A stretch of 64,000 nt of DNA from Longimicrobiales bacterium (lineage in GTDB: Bacteria; Gemmatimonadota; Gemmatimonadetes; Longimicrobiales; Gaopeijiaceae), in assembly GCA_965219445.1 (NCBI GenBank), contig CBDCNQ010000001.1, positions 32,001-96,000 on the forward strand, written 5' to 3'. Of this stretch, positions 1 to 9,857 are shown piece by piece. The notes beneath the pieces were generated by a model. That model worked only from the letters and a program-made list of their open reading frames with translations, did not search any database and was not told the DNA's origin. How positions within the stretch are numbered: the stretch's first letter is position 1; each line of letters starts with the position of its first letter. The position numbers were made by a program, and so were the translations under genes.

Positions 1-946
1 CGGCCACCGTCGCCACCCGCTTCGTATGGGCGTTGGAGAACCGAAGCCGCTCCATCAACCTCTCGATCGCACGGCGTCGCGCGTCGCGCGCGGCAACTTC
101 CGCCTCGGGTGTCATGCCCTGCTCATCGATCTCTGCCTGTCCTTCGCTCGTCCAAGCGAGCGCGAATAGGAGCGAGAGGCGCACCAACGGCCGAGTGCGG
201 GGCACGGCATCGCAGGCCGACAGCGTAGGGTCGATCGGGTGTCCCAGATCGAGTTCGGGATACAACTCCCCGAAAACTCCCGATTCGGCATAGAGCCCCA
301 GCGCCACCGAAGGACTCGCCCCCTGTGACAACACCTTCATTATCTCTTCTTGAATCCGCTCGGCGGATAACTGTGACAGCTTAGGGACTGCAGTTAGAAG
401 GCCTCTCCATGTTCCCCCTTCGATCGTCAGTCCGAATTGGCCGGCGAACCGGAGCGCCCTTAGCACGCGTAACAGATCCTCGGCGAAACGCTCGGCCGGG
501 TCCCCGACGGTCCGGAGAATGCTTTCGCTCACATCGGTGGCGCCGTTCCAGGGATCCAGAAGCTGGTCGCGGCCAGGGTGCCACGCGAGCGCATTGAGAG
601 TGAAGTCCCTTCGGGAAAGATCGTCTTCGATGCTGTCGGCGAATTCCACGACGGCGCGCCGACCGAACGTCTCGACATCGCGTCGGAAGGTCGTGACTTC
701 ATAGAGCGTTCCATCGGGAGCGAGGACGCCTACCGTTCCATGATCCACCCCGATGGGCACCGTCCGGCGGAAGGCACGCATGATTTGCTTCGGACGCGCC
801 CTCGTCGCGAAGTCCCAATCGCCCCCGGGCCGCCCCAGCATTATGTCGCGAATCGCCCCCCCGACAATCCAGGTCTCGAACCCAGCTTCCTCGAGGGTGC
901 GCCAGATCCAGAGGACCTGATCGGGCGGGGATACCTCGAAATTCAT
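1..946 (-). CDS. cca: CCA tRNA nucleotidyltransferase / poly(A) polymerase family protein (3' end runs off the window)
   Basis: Not in the ORF track. Manual translation from ATG 946 gives MNFEVSPPDQ...WIVGGAIRD...DWDFAT...DDLSRRDFTLNALA, the class II nucleotidyltransferase motifs. Confidence 0.9.
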   Translation of the reverse strand, partial: MNFEVSPPDQVLWIWRTLEEAGFETWIVGGAIRDIMLGRPGGDWDFATRARPKQIMRAFRRTVPIGVDHGTVGVLAPDGTLYEVTTFRRDVETFGRRAVVEFADSIEDDLSRRDFTLNALAWHPGRDQLLDPWNGATDVSESILRTVGDPAERFAEDLLRVLRALRFAGQFGLTIEGGTWRGLLTAVPKLSQLSAERIQEEIMKVLSQGASPSVALGLYAESGVFGELYPELDLGHPIDPTLSACDAVPRTRPLVRLSLLFALAWTSEGQAEIDEQGMTPEAEVAARDARRRAIERLMERLRFSNAHTKRVATVA

Positions 947-950
947 TACC

Positions 951-1523
951 CTACGAAGAGCCCTCGGCGAAATGACGGTCGACGCTCTCACAGATGGCGT
1001 GCCCGATGGCGAGGTGGAGCTCTTGCGCACGAGCCACGGTCTCGGTGGGAATGACGAGAGCGAGATCCACTTCCTGCCGCAGGCACCCACCACCCCGGGC
1101 AAGAAGGGCCACAGTGCGCACTCGCGCGCTTCGCGCTGCCGCCGCCGCACCAAGAAGATTTTCCGACTCTCCGCTGGTGGAGTGGAGAAAGAGAAGATCG
1201 CCCTCACGGGCCAGCGCCTCGATCTGACGAGCGAACACGTCCTCGAAGCTGAAGTCGTTGGCACCGGCTGTGAGGACTGAGGTGTCGGTCGTGAGTGCCA
1301 ACGCACGTAACGGCCCCCGGGTCCGTCTGAACCGCATCACGTATTCCGCCGCCAGGTGCTGCGCGTCCGCGGCCGAGCCCCCATTTCCGCAGAAGAAGAG
1401 AGTGCCACCCCGCTCCAAAGTTTCCTGGACCATTGCGCCAGCCTGTGCGATCGGACCTGCTAGCTCCTGCGCACAAACCGCCGCCAACTCGGACAGCTCG
1501 ATCAGCTCGCTCGATTGATTCAT
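951..1523 (-). CDS. gmhA: D-sedoheptulose 7-phosphate isomerase (SIS domain)
   Basis: CGNGGSAADAQH, ANDF, STSGES and QELH motifs. Confidence 0.92.
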   Translation of the reverse strand: MNQSSELIELSELAAVCAQELAGPIAQAGAMVQETLERGGTLFFCGNGGSAADAQHLAAEYVMRFRRTRGPLRALALTTDTSVLTAGANDFSFEDVFARQIEALAREGDLLFLHSTSGESENLLGAAAAARSARVRTVALLARGGGCLRQEVDLALVIPTETVARAQELHLAIGHAICESVDRHFAEGSS

Positions 1524-1539
1524 TTGGCTCGGCGCCCGT

Positions 1540-2358
1540 TTAGCCCTTGAAGATTCTTGTGAACCGATCCCAGATCCCCTCGCGAATCCGCAGCGGGGGA
1601 ACCGGCAAAGGCAGCTCGTCCCTGATGACTCGCCCCGGATTACTCACCGTGAGGAGCTCGAACTGTTTCAGACCGTCGTGCGTCGCGAAGAATCCCTCCG
1701 CATCCTCAAGATGGATCTCGAGGCTTGCTCTAGCGTGAAAATCGCTCGACAGAAGATCCACCCAACCACGTTCAAGAAGCTCGGACGCCGCTCCACACGC
1801 CTCGGGACCGTAGCGTCCGACGAGGGACCCGTGGTTGACCTGAAGGAACGCACCGGCGCTACGCCAGGCCCCCGCGCAATCCAAGTCCTGCCTGATTCCT
1901 GAGTACCTCTCGGGGTGCGCAAGGATCGGGTGGTACCCCGCCTTCGCAATCCGCTCAATCACCGGCCCCGTCATCGGAGGAATCTGAAGGCGGGGCCACT
2001 CGACCAAAACGAAGGAGGTGCCGGCTAGGCGGAGGCGAGCATCGGTGAAGTCGGGGTCCGGCACGTCGAGCATCACCTCGTGTCCCCGAAGGAGCTCGAC
2101 ATCCGGGAAGCGCTGCCGTACCTGTTCGGCCAACTCCTGCCAGGGCAGATCGACCTCGTCCAACCATGTCCCGAGCAACCTGGAATCACGTGTGAGACTC
2201 GCGTTCACATGAGGAGTCGTGACGATTCGTCCTATTCCAGCCGCCACCATTCGCTCGACGCCCTCGAGGGCCTCTTCCAGGGTCCGCGCCCCATCATCGA
2301 CTCCGGGTACGAGATGACTGTGAAGGTCCCCCACAGAGGCCTGGCCGACTGGTGTCAC
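1540..2358 (-). CDS. CpsB/CapC/YwqE-type PHP-family tyrosine-protein phosphatase
   Basis: DLHSHLVPGVDDG, TPH, AHPERY and SSDFH motifs. The GTG start at 2358 overlaps the upstream TGA. Confidence 0.88.
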   Translation of the reverse strand: MTPVGQASVGDLHSHLVPGVDDGARTLEEALEGVERMVAAGIGRIVTTPHVNASLTRDSRLLGTWLDEVDLPWQELAEQVRQRFPDVELLRGHEVMLDVPDPDFTDARLRLAGTSFVLVEWPRLQIPPMTGPVIERIAKAGYHPILAHPERYSGIRQDLDCAGAWRSAGAFLQVNHGSLVGRYGPEACGAASELLERGWVDLLSSDFHARASLEIHLEDAEGFFATHDGLKQFELLTVSNPGRVIRDELPLPVPPLRIREGIWDRFTRIFKG

Positions 2359-2675
2359 TCGGCCGCCCCTCCAGACCACACGCCGACAAAGAGTTCAGAG
2401 AGCACACCTCGTACGTCGCGCCCCTCCGAGGCGGCTTCACAACCGTAGGTGATCAGCGCATCGGCAGCCAGAAGTTGGTACGCCGCCTCCCGTTCTCGGC
2501 CGGGCCGCACCACGGCGTTCTCCAGATGCGCCAGCGCCGCCTTCACGAGGGATCCCGGCACCGAAGCCACGCCGCCATCGGGATCTCCACGCTCATCCGG
2601 AATCTTCAACCAAGCCTTCAATTCGTCCGGAGCCGGAGGCGTGCGTGTGGCGAGCCAATCGATCACCGAGTCCAT
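2355..2675 (-). CDS. Hypothetical protein, translationally coupled to alaS
   Basis: 106-aa ORF with start/stop overlaps on both sides. Confidence 0.7.
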   Translation of the reverse strand: MDSVIDWLATRTPPAPDELKAWLKIPDERGDPDGGVASVPGSLVKAALAHLENAVVRPGREREAAYQLLAADALITYGCEAASEGRDVRGVLSELFVGVWSGGAAE

Positions 2676-5347
2676 CAGCCCCCGGCTTCACGAGCGAGCC
2701 TCTCCACCACCTCTCGCCCCATTCGGAGCGCCTCGTCAATGCGTTCGGGGTCCTCGACGCCAGCCTGAGCCATATGGGGCCGCCCACCGCCCCGGCCTCC
2801 GACCAGAGAGGCGATCTCACGAACGACCGCGTCGGCTCGAACGCCGTGCCCGATCAAGTCGTCACTGACGAAAGCGAAAAGAGTATGTTTGCCCTCCGGC
2901 AGATCGGCCGACACCACCGCGACGCCGCTTGGTTCCTCCATGAGAAAGTTGTCGCCCCACTTTCGAGCGTCGTCGGCGTTACGGGCCCGAAGTCGTACCG
3001 CCCTGTACTCGGTGGTCGCGCCGTCGGTTAAGATGGCGTCCCGCAGAACGACACTCTCGCCGGCCCCTCCCCCGCTTCGGAGTTCGTCCAGAAGGCCCTC
3101 CAGTTCCTTCATCTGGGAGACGAGTTGCCCGGCTCGGGCCGCAGCATTTTCCTGAGATGTTCCGAGAACCGCGGCGACCTCGTCCAGTCGGCTCGACCGC
3201 TCTTCCAGACTCTGGAGGGCCCGGCGGCCCGTGAACGCCTCGATGCGCCGCACGCCGGCGGCCACGCCGCTCTCACTCGTGATCTTGAATAAACCGATCT
3301 CCCCCGTGTGCCCGACGTGGGTCCCCCCGCAAAGCTCCATGCTGACGCCGGGTATCTCGACGACCCGAACCCAGTCATCGTACTTCTCCCCAAAGAGCGC
3401 CATCGCCCCATCGCGGACGGCTTCATCGTAGGCGCGAGTCCCAGTGATAAGAGGGTGATTCTCCCAGACCCCCTCGCGCACCATCTCTTCTACCTCATGT
3501 CGCTCGTCCTCCGTCATGGGCGCGGTATGTGAAAAATCGAACCTCAGCCGATCCGGGTCCACAAGCGAGCCACGCTGCACCACGTGAGTCCCCAAGACTC
3601 TCCGAAGCGCCGCATGCAGGAGGTGGGTGGCGGTGTGATTCCTCTGTGTATCTCGCCGCGGGCTCGAATCCACGATCGCCCGAACACGAACCGGCGCGTC
3701 CGGTGACGCGGGAAACGCTCCCTCCGGAACCGTCCCGAGCAACGCAACTCGATCACCCACTCTGGCCACATCTCGGATCTCGCTCGTCCACCCATCTCCC
3801 TCCACGAGGCCCGTGTCGGAAACCTGACCTCCCCCTTCGACGTAGAACGGATTCTCGGCGAGCTGGAGGGCCAGACCCTCCTCAGAGATCCGCATGGCCA
3901 ACACCTCTGTTTCGGACTCCAGCTCATCGTAGCCAGTGAAACGCTGTTCGCCCTGCACCTGGAGGGTCTGCCATCCCTCCGCGAGGTCCTGGCCCGAAAG
4001 CTCGAGGCCGGACTGGGCCCGGTCCGCCCGGCTGCGCTCCCGCTGCCCCTCCAAGGCCCTCTCAAACCCTTTGACGTCGACGCTGTAGCCCCTTTCCTCC
4101 GCCATGAGCTCAGTTAGGTCGAGAGGGAAGCCGAACGTGTCATACAATTTGAAGGCGTCTTCCCCGGAGATCACCGCTTTCCCCTCCCCCGGGGCCTCGG
4201 ATCCTGGCGCCAACTCATCGAAGCGGGCCAACCCACCCTCGATCGTGGAGAGAAACCGGTGTTCCTCCGCGCGCGTGGTGCTCAGGACATGCTCCCGATT
4301 CTCCTCAAGCTCGGGATACGCTTCCCCCATGCTCTCGATCACGGCGGCGACTACCTCGACCAGCGTCGGCTCGCGGCGTCCCAGCAGCCACGCGTGTCGA
4401 ACCGCCCTCCTCAGGATGCGCCTCAGCACATATCCCCGCCCCACGTTGGAAGGAAACACACCATCCGACAGAAGAAAGGCGACGGCGCGGGCATGATCCG
4501 CTATGACCCGGTAACTGACGCCCTCATCCGTCTCAGGTTCGTACGGGCGCCCCAAGATTCCAGATACGGCTTCGAGCAGAGGGGTGAACGCGTCCGTTTG
4601 GTAGTTCGAGTCCACGCCCTGGACCACCGCCGCTAGACGTTCCAGCCCGGCCCCCGTATCGATGGAGGGCGCGGGTAGTGGGTGTAGCCTGCCCTCTTCG
4701 TCGCGGTTGAACTGCATGAAGACCAGATTCCACAATTCGACGAAGATCCCGCGCTCTCCGAGATCGACGAACTCCTCGAGGGTGGGGGTGTTTTTCCGGT
4801 CCTTGGCCGACCGCAGATCGTAGTGTAGCTCGGAACATGGGCCGCACGGGCCAGTATCGGCCATCTGCCAGAAGTTGTCTTTGTCGCCGAGCCGGAAAAT
4901 CCGTTCCGGCGGGACATCCACCACCTCCTGCCACAGATCGCACGCCTCGTCATCGGAGCGGTGGATCGAAATGAAGATCCGATCGGGATCCAGGCCCAGC
5001 CCGTCCGTCAGAAACTCCCAGGCGTAGGCGATCGCGTCTCGCTTGAAGTAATCCCCGAAGGAGAAATTTCCCAGCATCTCGAAGAACGTGTGATGCCTGG
5101 CGGTTCTCCCGACCTCTTCGAGATCGTTGTGCTTCCCACCGGCCCGGACGCACTTCTGGGACGTGGCGGCCCTCTTGAAGGGGAGTTCCTCCACGCCCAA
5201 GAAAACGCCCTTGAACTGGACCATGCCCGCGTTCGTGAACAGTAGGGTCGGGTCGTTCTTCGGCACCAGGGGCGAACTCGCCTCGACAGAGTGGCCTCGC
5301 GCGCGGAAATATTCGAGGAAACTCGTTCGGATTTCAGCTGTGGTCAT
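2675..5347 (-). CDS. alaS: Alanine--tRNA ligase
   Basis: LLFTNAGM, HHTFFEMLGNFSFGDYFK, HTATHLLH, ELCGGTH and GGRGGG motifs. The likely start is ATG 5347 (MTTAEIR). Confidence 0.97.
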   Translation of the reverse strand: MTTAEIRTSFLEYFRARGHSVEASSPLVPKNDPTLLFTNAGMVQFKGVFLGVEELPFKRAATSQKCVRAGGKHNDLEEVGRTARHHTFFEMLGNFSFGDYFKRDAIAYAWEFLTDGLGLDPDRIFISIHRSDDEACDLWQEVVDVPPERIFRLGDKDNFWQMADTGPCGPCSELHYDLRSAKDRKNTPTLEEFVDLGERGIFVELWNLVFMQFNRDEEGRLHPLPAPSIDTGAGLERLAAVVQGVDSNYQTDAFTPLLEAVSGILGRPYEPETDEGVSYRVIADHARAVAFLLSDGVFPSNVGRGYVLRRILRRAVRHAWLLGRREPTLVEVVAAVIESMGEAYPELEENREHVLSTTRAEEHRFLSTIEGGLARFDELAPGSEAPGEGKAVISGEDAFKLYDTFGFPLDLTELMAEERGYSVDVKGFERALEGQRERSRADRAQSGLELSGQDLAEGWQTLQVQGEQRFTGYDELESETEVLAMRISEEGLALQLAENPFYVEGGGQVSDTGLVEGDGWTSEIRDVARVGDRVALLGTVPEGAFPASPDAPVRVRAIVDSSPRRDTQRNHTATHLLHAALRRVLGTHVVQRGSLVDPDRLRFDFSHTAPMTEDERHEVEEMVREGVWENHPLITGTRAYDEAVRDGAMALFGEKYDDWVRVVEIPGVSMELCGGTHVGHTGEIGLFKITSESGVAAGVRRIEAFTGRRALQSLEERSSRLDEVAAVLGTSQENAAARAGQLVSQMKELEGLLDELRSGGGAGESVVLRDAILTDGATTEYRAVRLRARNADDARKWGDNFLMEEPSGVAVVSADLPEGKHTLFAFVSDDLIGHGVRADAVVREIASLVGGRGGGRPHMAQAGVEDPERIDEALRMGREVVERLAREAGG

Positions 5348-5378
5348 GATGCCTGCTCTTGGGCGTCCATTGGCGCCC

Positions 5379-5384
5379 ATTATA
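5379..5384 (-). promoter_or_regulatory. Putative sigma70 -10 box for alaS
   Basis: TATAAT on the minus strand about 30 nt upstream of the alaS ATG, within otherwise GC-rich DNA. Confidence 0.45.
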
Positions 5385-5453
5385 ACGACTCGACAGGGCC
5401 GACCCAACACGGAACCAAAGGCATCGCGGCTTCCGATCTCGCCTATTTTATGC

Positions 5454-5486
5454 GAGAAAGCCCGGCCTACTCGGCCGGGCTTTCTC
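5454..5486 (-). terminator. Hairpin downstream of recA, probable intrinsic terminator
   Basis: Perfect 14-bp stem GAGAAAGCCCGGCC / GGCCGGGCTTTCTC with a 5-nt loop. Confidence 0.7.
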
Positions 5487-5521
5487 ACCACTTCTCAGGT
5501 AGCCTTCCTCAATCGGGCCGA

Positions 5522-6607
5522 TCAACCGCCACCGCTGACCGCAGCCTCCTTCATAGGCGCGTCCAGAGTTTTTTCGACCTCCGGATCATCCCCCAGACCG
5601 ATCGAATCGCGGACTCGAGTGTCCACCTCCTCTAGCACATCCGGATTTTCTTTGAGGAAGTCCCTCGCATTCTCTTTGCCTTGTCCGAGACGTAGATCCC
5701 CATACGAATACCAGGATCCGGATTTCTCGACGATCCCCTCCTCCACACCAATATCGATGAGCAGGCTCTCATGGCTGATTCCGACGTTGTAGAGGATGTC
5801 AAATTCGGCCTGCCTGAACGGAGGCGCACACTTGTTCTTTACGACCTTCACTCGGGTGCGATTCCCGATAATGTCTGTTCCGTCTTTGATGGCGCCGATG
5901 CGACGAATATCCATGCGCAAAGAGGCATAAAACTTCAGCGCACGGCCCCCCGTCGTCGTCTCGGGGCTGCCGTACATGACCCCGATTTTCTCACGAATCT
6001 GGTTGGTGAAGATCACCGAGGTCTGGGAGCGGGCCACGGCACCCGTGAGCTTGCGTAGCGCCTGGCTCATCAGCCGAGCCTGTAGACCGACGTGCGAGTC
6101 ACCCATCTCGCCTTCGATCTCCGCCCTCGGGACTAGGGCAGCCACAGAATCGACGACAACGACATCGACTGCGTTACTTCGGATCAGTACCTCGGCGATC
6201 TCGAGCGCCTGCTCACCCGTATCCGGCTGGGACACGAGTAGGTTGTCTACGTCCACCCCGAGCCTACGGCAGTACCCCACGTCCAAAGCGTGCTCTGCAT
6301 CGATGAAGGCGGCGATCCCGCCCACCCGCTGCGCATTGGCGATGACATGAAGGCAGAGGGTGGTCTTACCACTCGACTCTGGGCCATAGATCTCGGTGAT
6401 CCTCCCCCTGGGGATGCCGCCGATGCCGATGGCCGAGTCGAGATTGATAGCCCCGGTGCCGATCGTCTCGATTTCTACCTTCATGCCGTCGTCGCCCATC
6501 CACATGATGGCGCCCTTCCCGTGGGAACGCTCGATCTGCGTGATAGCCGTCGTGAGGGCCTTCGTTTTCTGGTCGCTCCCGTCACTCTTCAGTTCAATCG
6601 TCGCCAT
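5522..6607 (-). CDS. recA: Recombinase A (no intein)
   Basis: [16 protein letters not shown] and GGRALKFY motifs; 361 aa. Confidence 0.99.
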   Translation of the reverse strand: MATIELKSDGSDQKTKALTTAITQIERSHGKGAIMWMGDDGMKVEIETIGTGAINLDSAIGIGGIPRGRITEIYGPESSGKTTLCLHVIANAQRVGGIAAFIDAEHALDVGYCRRLGVDVDNLLVSQPDTGEQALEIAEVLIRSNAVDVVVVDSVAALVPRAEIEGEMGDSHVGLQARLMSQALRKLTGAVARSQTSVIFTNQIREKIGVMYGSPETTTGGRALKFYASLRMDIRRIGAIKDGTDIIGNRTRVKVVKNKCAPPFRQAEFDILYNVGISHESLLIDIGVEEGIVEKSGSWYSYGDLRLGQGKENARDFLKENPDVLEEVDTRVRDSIGLGDDPEVEKTLDAPMKEAAVSGGG

Positions 6608-6640
6608 TGCATCCTCGCAGAATTCGTGGGTCCGGGGCCT

Positions 6641-6678
6641 ATTGTACTACACCCGAAGATAAAGCGAAAGTCCTTTCG
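6641..6678 (-). promoter_or_regulatory. Putative recA promoter with overlapping palindromic operator (candidate SOS box)
   Basis: -10 TACAAT at 6646-6641. The palindrome CGAAAG-TC-CTTTCG at 6665-6678 overlaps the -35 position. Confidence 0.5.
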
Positions 6679-6778
6679 GCGGTCGATGATCACGGGCGGA
6701 ACTTACGGGGCCTCGCCGGGCCGGGAAATGTCCCTGCGAGACCTTCGCTCCAACCCGGATTCATGACGGAAACATGGG

Positions 6779-8182
6779 TCATCCAGACCCGAGCGAGTAC
6801 GGCTGCCACACACCGGGGCGGACCGGCACGTAAAGGGTTCTCGGTGGCGTATCATCCGTCCCCATGACAAAGAGTGGCACTCCCAGGTGTTCATCGATTC
6901 GACGGATGTCGCCGCAGTCCAGCCTCACCGTGGCCCCGAATCTACTATAGGAGCGCTGCTCGACGGCGATCGGCTCGCCGGCCTCGAACCACGCCCGGTT
7001 GGCCGCATACACTCCGGCAAGGTCAACGGCCGGCCGTAGTTCGCTCAACGGAGTTCGGGACGGTCCGACCAGCGTGTCTCCGGCAGCGGTGACACGCACC
7101 GCAATCCCGTCCCCTGTCGCTAGACAGAGGGTAACTGCCGTTCCGGCTGGCGGCGGGCGGTCCTCGACGCGGGTGATCACAACCGTGTCGGGCGGGGCAG
7201 CTGGTAAGACTACCACATCGGGGTCGGGCCGGTCACGGAGTGAAGCCCGGCAGAGCCTCCCCCCGCAGAGAGCCACGGAGGCTAGGAGGCCGAACTTCGA
7301 ACTCCGGTATACCGTGATATTCGACGTATGATTGGCACCGAGTATGTGGGCCCCCAGCCTCACGCCACTCAAATCCACTTGGGTCCCAACGTTCCAGTCG
7401 AACCCGTTGTATTCGCTCATGAAAGTGAGCATCCGGCTCTCAGCCAATTCCAGATTCCACGCCACCCCCGCGAACCAGCCACCGGTATCGCCCGAAGCAT
7501 GCCAATCGAATCGGTCGCCCTCGTTGAACGTCCCCGTTCCCCATCCCGCGGTAAACGAAAAGTCGTGATCGGGCAGAAAGGAGGAGGAGAAACCGGGAAG
7601 ATCCAATCCCGCCACGGCGTAAAAGGAGAAGTCGGTGTCCATCTCCCGTGAGCCCAGTTGGTCACGGACTCGACGGTCGGCTCTTCCGAGACGGTTCGGC
7701 GCGTATGCGACGCCATCCCCGAAGTCGGGGCTGCTCGCATATCGCCCTCCGACCGCCAATCCGATGGGCTGCGTCTCGGGGCTCAGAATGGACAACCGGC
7801 CGAAGGCTCCCCAGAGGGTCCCTCCTTCGGCGGCGTCGCTCAGAGACTGGATGTTGGCACCGAACTCGAACAGATCGAAGAGCCCCACGGCCGCTGCGAA
7901 GTCGCCGTTCCAGCCCCCGGAGAAGACCTCGCTTCCCGTAGTGTTACCCGAGGCGTCAGTGGTCACGTCGCTATCGTTGCTCGTCCAGAAACCGGAGTAG
8001 GTGACACTCAACGCTCGATTCGCCAGAACCCCCGAGACCGGAACGTCGATTAGCCCGGAGCCATGGCGAAGCGTGCTCGGGACCTTGGTCGTCTGGGCCG
8101 CGACGCTTGAGGCTACCGCCAGAGCGACCGGGAGGCAGGACCTCAGAAGTCGTGGGATAGAAGGGAGCCGGATCTGCCTTAC
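6779..8182 (-). CDS. Exported protein with a possible YjbH-like beta-barrel region and a C-terminal domain of unknown function; start codon uncertain
   Basis: Signal-peptide-like N-terminus ending SSVAAQ, a GSGLIDVP motif, alternating aromatic/Gly beta-strand pattern and a Pro-rich linker. The ORF-track N-terminal extension overlaps ccmC/ccmD and is probably spurious. Confidence 0.6.
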   Translation of the reverse strand, partial: VRQIRLPSIPRLLRSCLPVALAVASSVAAQTTKVPSTLRHGSGLIDVPVSGVLANRALSVTYSGFWTSNDSDVTTDASGNTTGSEVFSGGWNGDFAAAVGLFDLFEFGANIQSLSDAAEGGTLWGAFGRLSILSPETQPIGLAVGGRYASSPDFGDGVAYAPNRLGRADRRVRDQLGSREMDTDFSFYAVAGLDLPGFSSSFLPDHDFSFTAGWGTGTFNEGDRFDWHASGDTGGWFAGVAWNLELAESRMLTFMSEYNGFDWNVGTQVDLSGVRLGAHILGANHTSNITVYRSSKFGLLASVALCGGRLCRASLRDRPDPDVVVLPAAPPDTVVITRVEDRPPPAGTAVTLCLATGDGIAVRVTAAGDTLVGPSRTPLSELRPAVDLAGVYAANRAWFEAGEPIAVEQRSYSRFGATVRLDCGDIRRIDEHLGVPLFVMGTDDTPPRTLYVPVRPGVWQPYSLGSG

Positions 8183-8415
8183 TCCGTGCCGAGGCGCTCC
8201 TCGACTCGCCGAAGCCGTCGGACGATCGAGACCACCCAACCCAAAACGAGAAGCCACACGACGGCATAGGCGGTGAATACGTGCCAGTAGGCCCGTCCGA
8301 GCGTTTGTTGGCCGATGGGCGTTCCCGCTTGCGCCCACACCGGGCTCGACTGGAGGAGAAGAAGGCCGAGCAAGAAAGCCGTCGCCCATCGAGAAAACTG
8401 CTTCTGAGCCATCAT
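8179..8415 (-). CDS. ccmD: CcmD-family heme exporter protein with N-terminal extension
   Basis: AYAVVWLLVLGWVVSIVRRLRRVEERL pattern; coupled to ccmC. Confidence 0.75.
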   Translation of the reverse strand: MMAQKQFSRWATAFLLGLLLLQSSPVWAQAGTPIGQQTLGRAYWHVFTAYAVVWLLVLGWVVSIVRRLRRVEERLGTE

Positions 8416-9128
8416 TAGGCCTCTGCTCCTTGTGTACTTCGGGGAGTCGCGTCCCTAAGGTCGAGCTCATGTTCGTAACCCGCAACCGTGTACCGGGCCA
8501 GGAAAAGACAAGCGAATACCAGAGTGAAGGCGAGAAGCGCCACGCCCATCGTCGCGCCCATCGAGGCGTCTAGATTCATGGGACTGTCAGGATTGAGGAT
8601 CACGGCGTCGGGGTGCAGAGATCGGAGCCAGGTGACACTGACGTGAATCAATGGGATGTCCAGCACACCGATGACGCCGACGACAGCCGCGAGACGTTTG
8701 CCTTGTTCGGGATTTACCGTGCTCCGCCTCACGAGGAAGTATCCGAGGTAGATGAACCAAAGGAGCAAGGCAAGCGTGAGTCTCGGCTCCCATGCCCACC
8801 ACGTGCCCCAAGCCACCCGCCCCCATAACGGGCCCGTAAGCAGGCCGATAGTCGTGAAGATCATCCCGGCCTCTGCCCCGGCCACCGCCGCCCGATCGAG
8901 ACGCTCGTCACGAAGCCAAAGGTACACGGCGCTACAAAGAGCGACGAGTCCGAACCCCAGGAAGGCGATCCACCAGGCAGGGACGTGGATGTAGAAGATC
9001 CGCTGGACGATCCCCATCGTGGACTCAGTGGGCACCCAGAAGAACACCATCCAGTGCAGCACGATAACGGTCCCCACCCCGAGCGTGCCCAGGACGCCGA
9101 CCGACCACTGGATTTGCTTCTGGCTCAT
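8415..9128 (-). CDS. ccmC: Heme exporter / cytochrome c biogenesis protein CcmC
   Basis: RIFYIHVP, WGTWWAWEPRLT (WWD-type domain) and SLHP motifs. Confidence 0.93.
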   Translation of the reverse strand: MSQKQIQWSVGVLGTLGVGTVIVLHWMVFFWVPTESTMGIVQRIFYIHVPAWWIAFLGFGLVALCSAVYLWLRDERLDRAAVAGAEAGMIFTTIGLLTGPLWGRVAWGTWWAWEPRLTLALLLWFIYLGYFLVRRSTVNPEQGKRLAAVVGVIGVLDIPLIHVSVTWLRSLHPDAVILNPDSPMNLDASMGATMGVALLAFTLVFACLFLARYTVAGYEHELDLRDATPRSTQGAEA

Positions 9129-9176
9129 GTACCCTCCTGAGTGAACAGCATGAGGATCGGACGCCCCTCTTGGGTC

Positions 9177-9857
9177 TTACTCTTCGATCACGAACCGGAA
9201 CAAGCCGGCGCCTGCGACCGTGAAGATGATCGCGAAGGCCGCCAGCATCCTCAAGTTTCCGCTGACCTCCGCAACGGGTCGCCCCGCAAACAGGCGGTCC
9301 GTAGCCATGGTCCCGTAAACTACGACGGGAACCAACAGAGGGAAGACGAGGACCGGCAACAGGCTCTCTCCCATGGAGCTTCGAGTCGCCATGGCGCTGA
9401 ACAGGGTCGTCAGCGAGACGAACCCCAGAAGGCCGAACGCCACGATCCCCACCAGGGTGATCGGGTTCCCCGAGAACCGTAGGCCGAAGAACAATCCGAA
9501 TACCACAAACACCAGCGCCACCATCACCGACAGCAAGACGAAGTTTCCCAGGACTTTGCCCAGGTAGAGAGCGTCGAGCGGAATAGGGCTCTGGAGAATT
9601 CCAGAAAGTGCGCCATCCTCCTGCTCCAGCCGAAACGTCCTCCCCACCCCAAGCGTTCCGCTGAAGATGATCGTCATCCAGATCAGTGCCGCAGCGATCG
9701 TCTGGGGCCGAACCACCGCCGTGTCGATCGAAAAATTGAAGAGGATGCCGATCAAGACGACGAAGGCCCCCATGGCGGTGAGTCGCTCGTGGGTTCGAAA
9801 CTCGACCAATAGATCCTTGCGAGCGATGGCCCATACGAAGCGGATGTACGTTGTCAT
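9177..9857 (-). CDS. ccmB: Heme exporter permease CcmB
   Basis: KDLLVEFR, EQEDGAL and LLPVLVFPL motifs; six hydrophobic segments. Confidence 0.92.
   Translation of the reverse strand: MTTYIRFVWAIARKDLLVEFRTHERLTAMGAFVVLIGILFNFSIDTAVVRPQTIAAALIWMTIIFSGTLGVGRTFRLEQEDGALSGILQSPIPLDALYLGKVLGNFVLLSVMVALVFVVFGLFFGLRFSGNPITLVGIVAFGLLGFVSLTTLFSAMATRSSMGESLLPVLVFPLLVPVVVYGTMATDRLFAGRPVAEVSGNLRMLAAFAIIFTVAGAGLFRFVIEE

Noticed and set aside
5348..5521. recX remnant between recA and alaS
   Set aside because: Only a terminator hairpin and a promoter-like sequence are visible; no coding remnant was recognised.
5522..6607. Intein in RecA
   Set aside because: Normal length with contiguous motifs.
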